DNA of 64,000 bases from Syntrophorhabdaceae bacterium (GTDB lineage: Bacteria > Desulfobacterota > Syntrophorhabdia > Syntrophorhabdales > Syntrophorhabdaceae), in contig CAXXUO010000004.1 in NCBI GenBank assembly GCA_963666485.2, positions 160,001 through 224,000 on the forward strand. Reading direction: 5' to 3'. The notes below the pieces were generated by a model, which saw only the letters and a program-made list of their open reading frames with translations, did no database searches and was not told the DNA's origin. A program made the translations under genes and the position numbers. Shown here one piece after another: positions 47,906 to 56,248 of the stretch. Every line of letters begins with the position of its first letter. The first letter of the stretch is position 1.

Positions 47906-49123
47906 ATGGGTCTTTTCGGGAAATGTCCTATAGCGCTCAGGCGAATATTCTGGCCCCCGAGCCTCGTGACAAAACAGCTCGGCAGCGTCCTTCTCTTCAA
48001 GCACCTCGTCAAGTGGGAACACTTCGGCACGTGGCTTTTCAGGCACAGCATGAAATCCCTTCCCGTCGCGGCAGGCGCGTACGGCATGGGATGCATCGGG
48101 TTTCCCGCACATCCCGCATGGGAAGTGACCGGTGCCTGCAACCTGCGGTGCATCCACTGTCACGCAACGTCCGGCAAGCCGGCCCCGGATGAGCTTACAA
48201 CCGCCGAGGCGAAGCGCTTCATTGACGAACTCGCCCTCGCCGACGAGTTCCGGATGCTTGTCTACACCGGCGGAGAACCGCTCGTCCGTCCCGATATCTT
48301 TGAGCTCTTCGAGCATTCCCGCAAGGCGGGTTTCGCGAACGTCATAGCCACGAACGCGACCCTTATCGACGACGCCATGGCAGAGCGGCTCGTAAACGCC
48401 GGGGTCGTGGGAGCCGCTGTGAGTCTCGATTCATCCGTCCCTGAGATACACAACAGGATCCGGGCGAACCCGAATGCCTTCGAACTGGCGATGAGGGGAA
48501 TGAAAGCCATAACGAAAGCGGGCATCCTCCTGCAGATCAATGTCACGGCAATGGAATACAACTTCGACACTTTGCAGGACCTCATCGAGCTTGCCGACGC
48601 GAAAGGCTCCGGCATCATGCTCATGTACCAGCTCGTTCCCGTGGGACGGGGAAGCAATATAGAGAGCGCTACCCTCGATATCACGGAGAACGAGAGGCTC
48701 CTCAATTTCCTGAAGGACAAGCAGAGGGATGTGTCGACGATCGTCGAACCGGTAGCAGGCCCGCAATATTGGCCCTTCCTCATGGAACAAAACGGCAAAA
48801 CAGACGGTATATGGATGAAGATGGCCGAGAAGACATTTCACGGATGCGCGGCCGGCAGGGGTTTTGTATACATCAAGGCGAACGGCGATATCTGGCCCTG
48901 CCCCTTTGTCGAGGTAAGCGCCGGTAATGTGCGCGACCGTTCGTTCGATTCCATCTGGCGGGACAGTGAAGTGTTCGTAAACTTGAGAAACCGCGAGCAT
49001 ACACTGAAAGGCCGCTGCGGCGACTGCAAATACCATGGCATCTGCGGCGGCTGCCGCGGCCGCGCCATGGCACTCACCGGCGATTACCTCGCGGAAGATC
49101 CGTCGTGCTTCATACGTAAATAA
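47906..49123 (+). CDS. Radical SAM/SPASM protein, AhbC/AhbD/NirJ-like
   Basis: CNLRCIHC, TGGEPL, LVPVGRG, SPASM CAAG..NGDIWPC..CGDC..CGGCR..DPSC. Confidence 0.85.
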   Translation: MGLFGKCPIALRRIFWPPSLVTKQLGSVLLFKHLVKWEHFGTWLFRHSMKSLPVAAGAYGMGCIGFPAHPAWEVTGACNLRCIHCHATSGKPAPDELTTAEAKRFIDELALADEFRMLVYTGGEPLVRPDIFELFEHSRKAGFANVIATNATLIDDAMAERLVNAGVVGAAVSLDSSVPEIHNRIRANPNAFELAMRGMKAITKAGILLQINVTAMEYNFDTLQDLIELADAKGSGIMLMYQLVPVGRGSNIESATLDITENERLLNFLKDKQRDVSTIVEPVAGPQYWPFLMEQNGKTDGIWMKMAEKTFHGCAAGRGFVYIKANGDIWPCPFVEVSAGNVRDRSFDSIWRDSEVFVNLRNREHTLKGRCGDCKYHGICGGCRGRAMALTGDYLAEDPSCFIRK

Positions 49124-49128
49124 AAATG

Positions 49129-49156
49129 GTTCAAGGTTCAAAGTTCAAGGTTCAAG
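49129..49156. repeat. Heptamer element 7 left arm (GTTCAAR)4; degenerate right arm near 49441-49470
   Basis: Starts 5 nt after the radical SAM stop; same unit as element 2. Confidence 0.75.
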
Positions 49157-49209
49157 GCTAAAAAAACCGCTACAGTATACCGGCTAACCCCATTCTGCCA
49201 AACCCCCAT

Positions 49210-49587
49210 CGTCATCCCCGCGGAAGCAGGAATCCACCATACTCCCGTCATTCCCGCGAAAGCGGGAATCCAGTGTCTTTGTCTTTTTAGACCGCACATA
49301 GTTTAACCCAAACCCTCCCCTGCATCGTCATCCCGGCGAAGGCCGGGATCCAGTGCCTTTTAATACCCGGTAGAACTTTCTTAAAGACGCTGGATTCCGC
49401 CGCAAAAGCCGGCGGAATGACGAACTAATGGGGCTGTTTCGTTGGACGGTTGGACCGTTGAACCTCGAACCCTCAATAACGTCATTCCCGCGAAAGCGGG
49501 AATCCAGTGTCTTTATCTTTTTATACGGGAACCAGATTACCCCAACCCCCATCGTCATTCCCGCGAAAGCGGGAATCCAGTGTCTTT
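49210..49587. repeat. Cluster of six CGTC-type REP-like palindromes
   Basis: CGTCATTCCCGCGAAAGCGGGAATCCAG and variants at 49210, 49246, 49326, 49390 (inverted), 49480, 49553. Confidence 0.9.
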
Positions 49588-49611
49588 ATCATTTCTGGAA
49601 GTGTTGGGGAT

Positions 49612-50217
49612 TTATCTTTTCTTGAAAGATAGTTTGTTCTCTGTTCCGCTGATGAGGCGGGATATGTTCTCCTTATGACGGATAAGGACGATGATGGCTA
49701 CCACGCTTGCCATAATGACATATTCGCAGGGCGCGTGAACGAGGTGAAGGGCGACTGGCACTATTATTGCGCCTATCATTGACGCGAGAGAGATATAGCG
49801 CCACACGATAAAGACAAGAAGGAAAATAATGAATGCGCCGAGGACAACGAGCGGGCGTATCGCGATGTAAACCCCGAGGCCTGTTGCAACCCCCTTCCCT
49901 CCCTTGAACTTGAGAAAAACGGGAAAGATATGTCCCAGGAATGCCGCGAGGCCGACGATCGCTATGATCAACGGGTCGAGACCGGACAGTATCGCGGCAA
50001 CAGTCGGGATAAACCCTTTCGCCGCGTCCCCGAGAAGCGTAATAATACCGAGCGCCTTCCCTCCGGCCCGCATGACATTCGTCGCGCCTATGTTGCCGCT
50101 CCCCGTTTTTCTCGGATCGACCCCCTTCATTTTCCCCAGGATAACACCCACAGGTATCGACCCGATAAGGTACGCCAGGACAATGAAAATAACGCTTATT
50201 ACATTGTTACTCACCAT
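49612..50217 (-). CDS. plsY: Glycerol-3-phosphate acyltransferase PlsY
   Basis: YLIGSIP, GSGNIGATN, DAAKG, GHIFP..GGKGVAT, RHKENISRL..GTE. Confidence 0.95.
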   Translation of the reverse strand: MVSNNVISVIFIVLAYLIGSIPVGVILGKMKGVDPRKTGSGNIGATNVMRAGGKALGIITLLGDAAKGFIPTVAAILSGLDPLIIAIVGLAAFLGHIFPVFLKFKGGKGVATGLGVYIAIRPLVVLGAFIIFLLVFIVWRYISLASMIGAIIVPVALHLVHAPCEYVIMASVVAIIVLIRHKENISRLISGTENKLSFKKR

Positions 50218-50272
50218 ACGTCGACAGAATAGGTGAAAAATCCCGCCCTGTCAACAAATCGGCCTTTTACGT

Positions 50273-50301
50273 TTGACAACCTAATCTTTTATTATTATAA
50301 A
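50273..50301 (+). promoter_or_regulatory. Sigma-70 promoter of tRNA-Leu
   Basis: TTGACA (50273-78), 17 nt, TATAAA (50296-301); 8 nt before the tRNA. Confidence 0.7.
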
Positions 50302-50309
50302 GAATGGGT

Positions 50310-50393
50310 GCCTGGGTGGCGGAATAGGTAGACGCAAGGGACTTAAAATCCCTCGCTCGTATGAGTGTACGAGTTCGATTCTCGTCCCAGGCA
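50310..50393 (+). tRNA. tRNA-Leu(TAA), CCA not encoded
   Basis: Acceptor GCCTGGG/CCCAGGC+A, D arm GCGGAATAGGTAGACGC, anticodon arm AGGGA-CTTAAAA-TCCCT, long variable arm, T arm ACGAG-TTCGATT-CTCGT. Confidence 0.95.
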
Positions 50394-50704
50394 TTAATGA
50401 TTTAAAGGCGGCATAAATCGTGATCGTTTACTTTTGGTATGGAGTCACGTCTTGCAATACGGCAATTCCTGAAACGGTCTTCTTGAAAAGTCCTTAATCT
50501 TCAAGCCTGGCAACAACCACACCTTTGAAAAAGTAATGCCCGGATATGACCGGCAATGGTCATTCGCATACTCAAACGTAGCCTTGCAGGACCTGCTTCC
50601 CTTTCCCACTCGTTTTGATCATGCGACTGGTATCGGGCACATTGAGATCGGTGAGATAGGGGCGCGACAGAGAGGGTTTCAAGTTGGGATATTGACATAT
50701 TTAA

Positions 50705-50768
50705 GGGCGTCCCGGTCGCCCCTACGTCCCGGTCGCCCCTACGTCCCGGTCGCCCCCCCGGTCACCCC
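50705..50768 (-). repeat. GTAG-type REP-like 17-bp tandem repeat
   Basis: (GTCCCGGTCGCCCCTAC) x2 plus partial copies; reverse complement begins GTAGGGGCGACC. Confidence 0.65.
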
Positions 50769-50769
50769 T

Positions 50770-51264
50770 TTAATGGCTGCATCCCCCGATGGAATTCGCC
50801 CCGCATTTCCTGCCATCAGTCCACTTTGCATTGTTAAATTTAGCCCTGGTTAAATCGGCACCCGTGAGGTTGGCACCGGTCAGATCTGCCCCGGTAAAAT
50901 CACTGTCTCTCAAATCGGCGTTGCTTAAATCGGCCTTGATAAATATAGCTTGATTAAACTTAGACGATATCATTGTTGCAGATTTCAGTTTCGCACCCTC
51001 AAATGTCGCTTGAATAGCAGTGGCTTTAACTAAGCATGCCATGTTAAGTGAGGCCCCTTTAAAGGAAGCCTGGCTTATGTCTGCCACACACAGCGCAGCG
51101 CCGTCGAGTACGAGATTATCAAAATTGCACTTATTCAGTCCACACCCCACGCAGGCCTTCGTGCTTCGAAAGGTGGAGCAGTCGGCCCGGGATGTATCCG
51201 CAGCTGCAAATATTCCGCACATCATCGCGGCCAGGCACAGCACAAATATCACGATCTTTTCCAT
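50770..51264 (-). CDS. Secreted pentapeptide-repeat protein
   Basis: Signal peptide, CVGC cap, A(D/N)LxxA repeats, C-terminal WTDGRKC...C; GGAGG SD. Confidence 0.88.
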   Translation of the reverse strand: MEKIVIFVLCLAAMMCGIFAAADTSRADCSTFRSTKACVGCGLNKCNFDNLVLDGAALCVADISQASFKGASLNMACLVKATAIQATFEGAKLKSATMISSKFNQAIFIKADLSNADLRDSDFTGADLTGANLTGADLTRAKFNNAKWTDGRKCGANSIGGCSH

Positions 51265-51655
51265 ATCATCCTCCGTCTTTTTTGGGCTTTTTGCCGGTGT
51301 TGCATTCTGAGACAGTAATTGATTAACACACATCCGGAATTTAAGGAATACGAAATTGGCCGCGGTTTACAGGCAATAGGAAAAGCCCCTGTGACTCTGA
51401 TACGGGCGATCTTCATCGGATACTCAAAAACCATCCCGGTCTTGCACGCGGGAAAGCACCGGGGATGATCAAGAACTACGGGTTATGGTAACTCCCGGAT
51501 CGGTCCCCTGGAGTCCGGTCCGTCAAAAATGCTTGGAACATCCCGGTCGTTGTGCTACCGTAAAATAAAACGTACCGATCGGGCCTCATGCGCTGTACCC
51601 GCACCCGCAGTATAGGCGGGCCGCATGAACGCCACATTAAAGAAGGAGGAACATC

Positions 51656-51832
51656 ATGGCGCTCGATAAGCAGGAAAGAGACCTTATCGTTCAACTCGTC
51701 GCTTCAAACCTCACCGTCGCGGGATACATCCGGGATGCACTGATCGAAAAAGGCGGCGAACCCGGCGTGAAGACCCAGGACGACGTTTTGGAAAGATACC
51801 GCGAATTCGTTAAAATATTGTTGGGAAAATGA
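51656..51832 (+). CDS. Small hypothetical protein (58 aa)
   Basis: AAGGAGG SD then ATG; MALDKQERDLIVQLVASNLTVAGYIRDALIEKGGEPGVKTQDDVLERYREFVKILLGK; below the ORF-track cutoff. Confidence 0.65.
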   Translation: MALDKQERDLIVQLVASNLTVAGYIRDALIEKGGEPGVKTQDDVLERYREFVKILLGK

Positions 51833-51860
51833 GGGACTGTGCATAGTCGCCCTCAAAGAG

Positions 51861-52478
51861 CTACTGTTTCAGATTATTGATCCTCTTCTTGAGCATGTTA
51901 TAGTAGGATTTGACCCGTTGGATGTACGTGTGTGTCTCGGCGTAAGGCGGGATGTTCATATTGTATTCCCTGACCCGTTGAGGCCCCGCGTTATATGCCG
52001 CCAGCATCAGGTCGAGGTCGCCCCCGAACGTGTCGCGTAAATATTTCAGGTATTTCGTCCCTCCGCTGATATTATCTTCCGGGTCCAGGGGATTTTCGAC
52101 CTTCATCAATTTTGCCGTGTCCGGCATCAACTGCATGAGCCCCTGCGCACCCTTGTGGGACACGGCGTTGGGATTGAAGTTAGATTCAGCCTTCATGACC
52201 GCCTTGACAAGCGATGCATCGATCCCGTGCGCGTTCGCGTGATATTTAATGATTGTGTCATATGTCGTTACGTCGAAGGCCCCTTTGCGGACATGCTTTA
52301 TCCGTTCCAACCCGACGACGCGGAACTTCTTGCTAACGGGGAGAATATTGGTGTAGTAAGTTATGCCGCTGCTGTCCGCGTACGTGTATACTTGCGAATA
52401 CGCCACCGCTGGGAAAACGCTCAACACAAACGTGAATATGCATCCTAAAATTGCTGCTGCGGCAACCGTTTCCCTCAT
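51861..52478 (-). CDS. Lytic transglycosylase (SLT) with DUF4124-like N-terminus
   Basis: VYTYADSSG..YTN, KAESNFNP, GAQGLMQLMP, AAYNAG. Confidence 0.9.
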   Translation of the reverse strand: MRETVAAAAILGCIFTFVLSVFPAVAYSQVYTYADSSGITYYTNILPVSKKFRVVGLERIKHVRKGAFDVTTYDTIIKYHANAHGIDASLVKAVMKAESNFNPNAVSHKGAQGLMQLMPDTAKLMKVENPLDPEDNISGGTKYLKYLRDTFGGDLDLMLAAYNAGPQRVREYNMNIPPYAETHTYIQRVKSYYNMLKKRINNLKQ

Positions 52479-52735
52479 GGAGCCTTCCGTGACCTCATTG
52501 CTGCCCTCTCCAGGTCGACGTCACATATTTTCGCGATGATGACGATTGCTCCGTTGACACCGTTATCGCCATACCTCATGTTCGCAACGTCCGTCTTATT
52601 ATTACCTAATTCACAACCCGGTTTGTGTCTGTCATCAAATCAACTAATATTTGGCACCATTTTCGACTACGGAGATTGTCAACATTCTTCCGACAGACCT
52701 TCAATGGAGCGTCTGCAGCCTGTTTGTCCCGCGCC

Positions 52736-53746
52736 TCAGTACCCTTCCAGGCGCAAATTCGTGAATATCATCGCGCAGGTCGCTATGATGGCGAAAAGAA
52801 GGTAAAAGAGGATCGATGCGAGGGTCAGCCGCCTCGCGATTGCCGGCAGGTAACCCTGAAGGCTGGGAACGTTCCGGGCGTGCAGGAGCGCCCCGACAGA
52901 GGCGCCGCTCACGACGCCGCCGGCCAGGGTCGCATAGAGGAAGTAGCCTGCGTAATAATAGTCCTTCTGGAGGATACAGAACGGACAGTGGTGGGTTGGC
53001 AGTTGATAGAAATAGAGCGAGATGAACGAGATAAGGGCTGAAACCGCCACGATAAAAGTGATGATGCTCGTGGACGAAAAGAAATAGCCCGTCGCGGGTC
53101 TGCCCCGGCGGTAATACAGAGTCCCGGATATCCCCGTCAGGACAACTGCCGCGTACAGGAGGACCTTCATGGGCGCGGTCGGAAGGGTCGAAATGAAAAG
53201 CGACCCAATGCCCCTCCCCTCCGGGCTGAACAGGCTCCCGCAGCAGGAAGTGATGACATGCGCGTCCAGATTGAGAAAGAACGCCGTTTGAAACACCGTT
53301 TCGCAAAGGATCAACGGTACCGCGGCGAGAAGGAACGCATATTTCTTCTTTATCAGCGGATAATCGACGGCCCGGTTATCGGCATAGTTCACGATGAGCC
53401 AGACCCCGCCGAGGATAAAATTGACGATCTTGAAAACGAGCGCCGGATACCCAAAACCGTTCATGTTCAGGGTACCCGCCGCGCACATGGCGCCGATAAA
53501 AAGACCGCTCAGTTTATCGGCGGTAAAGATGAACAGGAGAAGGGAAAAGAGCTGGAAGCCGAACGTATAGCCCATAATCGTCGAGATAAGGTATGTCTTT
53601 CTCTCGAGGTTCAGTTGACGTTCGCTGCCGTCCTTGAGGTCCCAGTGCCTCAAAATGCTCATGCCGTAGAAAGCGGCATACAAGACCATGGAACTCACGA
53701 GGAACGAACCAAGGAAAAGGGCGATTATGGCGGGCTGCATGATCAT
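52736..53746 (-). CDS. Cys/His-motif polytopic membrane protein of unknown function
   Basis: About 8 hydrophobic segments; GAMCAAG, TSCCGSLF, HHCPFC motifs; overlaps the ABC ATPase stop. Confidence 0.8.
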   Translation of the reverse strand: MIMQPAIIALFLGSFLVSSMVLYAAFYGMSILRHWDLKDGSERQLNLERKTYLISTIMGYTFGFQLFSLLLFIFTADKLSGLFIGAMCAAGTLNMNGFGYPALVFKIVNFILGGVWLIVNYADNRAVDYPLIKKKYAFLLAAVPLILCETVFQTAFFLNLDAHVITSCCGSLFSPEGRGIGSLFISTLPTAPMKVLLYAAVVLTGISGTLYYRRGRPATGYFFSSTSIITFIVAVSALISFISLYFYQLPTHHCPFCILQKDYYYAGYFLYATLAGGVVSGASVGALLHARNVPSLQGYLPAIARRLTLASILFYLLFAIIATCAMIFTNLRLEGY

Positions 53747-54432
53747 GGGTTTGTTTCAGCCGCCGACAAAACCCTGCCGTCGCGGAACTCCATCACCTTG
53801 TTCACTGCCGCCGACTCGTAAACGAGAGGATCGTGGCCCGCGATCAGGACGGTCTTCCCTTGCCGGTTGAGATTTGCCATGATCCCGATAAATTCATTCG
53901 ACAGTTTCGTATCCAGGTGTGCGGTAGGCTCGTCGGCAATGATGATCTGCGGATCGTTGATCAACGCCCGCGCGATCGTCACGCGCTGGGCCTCCCCGCC
54001 GGACAGCCATTCCACTTTGGACGCCGCCTTATGGGACATATTGAAGAGGTCGAGAAGGCCGAGGGCCCGTCTCTTGAGTTGTGCATGATGCTCTCCGTTG
54101 GGATATGCGGGTATCATGACATTCTCGAGGGCCGTTATGCCTTTGATGAGGTTGTAGTGCTGAAAGATGAATCCAAAGGTCCTGCGGCGTATTTCCGTGA
54201 GAAATCGCTCCGGAAGGCTTGTTATCTCGCGGTTGAGGACCTGAACCCTCCCCGTCGTCGGTTTCGTCATGGCGCCTATGATGCTGAGGAGGGTCGTTTT
54301 CCCTGAGCCGCTCGGCCCCTTCAGGACCGTGATCAGGTTGGGGGCTATGGTGAGACTGATATCGTCGAGGGCCAGAAACTCGTTCGAGTTGCCCTTGTGA
54401 AAGATCTTTGTCACATGCATGAGCTCGATCAT
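53743..54432 (-). CDS. ABC transporter ATP-binding protein (LolD/MacB-like)
   Basis: GPSGSGKT, GFIFQ, LSGGEAQR, ADEPT. Confidence 0.92.
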   Translation of the reverse strand: MIELMHVTKIFHKGNSNEFLALDDISLTIAPNLITVLKGPSGSGKTTLLSIIGAMTKPTTGRVQVLNREITSLPERFLTEIRRRTFGFIFQHYNLIKGITALENVMIPAYPNGEHHAQLKRRALGLLDLFNMSHKAASKVEWLSGGEAQRVTIARALINDPQIIIADEPTAHLDTKLSNEFIGIMANLNRQGKTVLIAGHDPLVYESAAVNKVMEFRDGRVLSAAETNP

Positions 54433-54436
54433 CGGT

Positions 54437-55576
54437 CTAGAGTCTCATTACTTCGTCAGGGTCCACGATCGCCGCCTTCCAGGAAGGTATGATAGTGGCC
54501 GCCATATAGGGGACAACCGCAAGGAAGAACAATGCCGCTATCTGGTAAAGTTCTACGTGAGGGACGAGGTGGAAACGGGGGTAGAGCACCGACCACCCCT
54601 TGAGGACCGGTTCAAAGAGAATGTACGAGGCAAAAAAGACGTGGAGGTACGCAAGGAGGGTCCCCATCAAAAATGCAAAGACAGAGACCGTCACGCCCTC
54701 CCAGAATTTCATGGTTATAACTTCCGACGTCTCCCATCCGACGGCCTTCAGTATGCCGATCTCCCTCTTCTCCTCGGCGCTTAAGCCCGACGCCTTGTCC
54801 CAGGCAAGGATCACGAAAGAAAGCAGCGCCCCGAGAAAAATAGCGATCATGATGCCCTGGCGCCAGTTGAAAACGGCCTCGTAGGTCCTGAGTATTTCGT
54901 CCCTGATGATCGGCCGTGTGCCGGGCAGGATTTCCGCGATCTTGGCAGCTATGGTTGTGAGTTCCCTCGGGTTGCGGACACTGACCGTGAGGTCGGTGGC
55001 ATAGCCGTCGGGGATCCCGAACAGCTGCCTGAAATCCCCTTCCCTCATGAGGATCAGGTCGGATGAAATGATCTCGTATTCCGCCGGCAATATGCCTGCT
55101 ACCGTGAGGTTCATGGCGGCGCCGTCGGATCTCGTAAACCACATCGTGTCGCCCTTCCCGATTCCGTGAGTGCGGGCAACCCCTGCCCCGATCATGATGT
55201 TGCCTTCCGGGTGGCCAAACCCTCGGGGTGCCATGACCGTGTAGTTCACCTTGGCGGAGGTATAGAAATAATAGCCCCAGAGCCGCGCTTTTACGCCCGC
55301 CACCCCCCTTACCGCCGAGAGGCTGTCGGCATGCGCGACCGGGATCAATTCATGTCTGCCCGCTACCATTCTCTGAACGACTATTTCCGGGGCATCTTTC
55401 AGTATGAAGGCAGCCCCGCGTTTCAGTGAATCAGCGAAGAACATCACCGATGCAAGAACAAAGACGATCATCGTGCAGACCATGATGAGTGCGATGTTCT
55501 TCCATTTCCTGCGCCAGAGCGAGGACAGGGTGAAATCGATAATGTTCTTCTGCTTTTCAATCAGGCTTTTTTTCAT
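54437..55576 (-). CDS. FtsX/LolE-like ABC permease
   Basis: N-terminal TM, large periplasmic region, REIGILKAVGW, C-terminal PSWKAA..DP. Confidence 0.88.
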   Translation of the reverse strand: MKKSLIEKQKNIIDFTLSSLWRRKWKNIALIMVCTMIVFVLASVMFFADSLKRGAAFILKDAPEIVVQRMVAGRHELIPVAHADSLSAVRGVAGVKARLWGYYFYTSAKVNYTVMAPRGFGHPEGNIMIGAGVARTHGIGKGDTMWFTRSDGAAMNLTVAGILPAEYEIISSDLILMREGDFRQLFGIPDGYATDLTVSVRNPRELTTIAAKIAEILPGTRPIIRDEILRTYEAVFNWRQGIMIAIFLGALLSFVILAWDKASGLSAEEKREIGILKAVGWETSEVITMKFWEGVTVSVFAFLMGTLLAYLHVFFASYILFEPVLKGWSVLYPRFHLVPHVELYQIAALFFLAVVPYMAATIIPSWKAAIVDPDEVMRL

Positions 55577-55868
55577 AACTCCCTGTAAGCGTCACCGGTG
55601 GTGAAACAAGCGACCCCGAAGGGAAGTGCTCCAGGGCACCCGGGTGGTCCTGGAAGGGTGTGTGCAGATCGGTCTGGGACAGGTGCCTCACGTACCGGGC
55701 ATCTGTGAAGAGGCAAAGGTCTGTGATTTGCAACACACCCGCCATCATCCTCATGCCGTCGAACACCTCCGCGTCTTTTCTTTGCTTTAAGGCAGCGTGA
55801 ACGAACATCCCGCAAAAAAACAGGAGTACGATCGAGGCAGATATAAGATAGGCAGACGATCTTCTCAC
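55557..55868 (-). CDS. Small membrane-anchored hypothetical protein (start GTG 55868 inferred)
   Basis: One TM then DLCLFTDARYVRHLSQTD..FQDHPGALEHFPSGS; GAGGAGG upstream; overlaps the permease start. Confidence 0.65.
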   Translation of the reverse strand: MRRSSAYLISASIVLLFFCGMFVHAALKQRKDAEVFDGMRMMAGVLQITDLCLFTDARYVRHLSQTDLHTPFQDHPGALEHFPSGSLVSPPVTLTGSYEKKPD

Positions 55869-55884
55869 CCTTGTCAACCCTCCT

Positions 55885-56247
55885 CTATTTTGGTGCGGCC
55901 TTCTTGCCGGCCGCTTTCTTTGCGGTATATTTCTTTCCATCGATCGTCTCGATGAAGAAGAATTCCGCCCCCTTGTCATCTGTATGTCCCTGAATGGTCA
56001 GGGGATCGCCCTTATCCTTGAGCTTCTTCAGCACTGCCTTATTTTGATTGACGATGAAAAACTCCCCGCCCGGTTCCTGGCCCTGTATGAAATAACCGCC
56101 GAGACGCTCGTTAAAACCGATGGTGCCCTTGATCGTTTCCTTCTCCGCTTTTGCAGGATCCACACACTGGGCCTCGAGAATATGCCCTGTCATGAACCCC
56201 AGGAACAGTAAAGATAGAACAATGATCTGTATCGCTCCCTTTTTCAT
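55885..56247 (-). CDS. Exported hypothetical protein (possible OB-fold)
   Basis: Signal peptide, GGAGG SD, beta-rich mature region, Lys/Ala tail. Confidence 0.7.
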   Translation of the reverse strand: MKKGAIQIIVLSLLFLGFMTGHILEAQCVDPAKAEKETIKGTIGFNERLGGYFIQGQEPGGEFFIVNQNKAVLKKLKDKGDPLTIQGHTDDKGAEFFFIETIDGKKYTAKKAAGKKAAPK

Positions 56248-56248
56248 T

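Noticed and set aside
49210..49587. CRISPR array from repeated 28-bp palindromes
   Set aside because: Irregular spacing, one inverted copy and variable stems fit REPs
50420..50700. Gene or selenoprotein fragment after tRNA-Leu
   Set aside because: Frames have several stops including TAA, no SD and no recognisable domain
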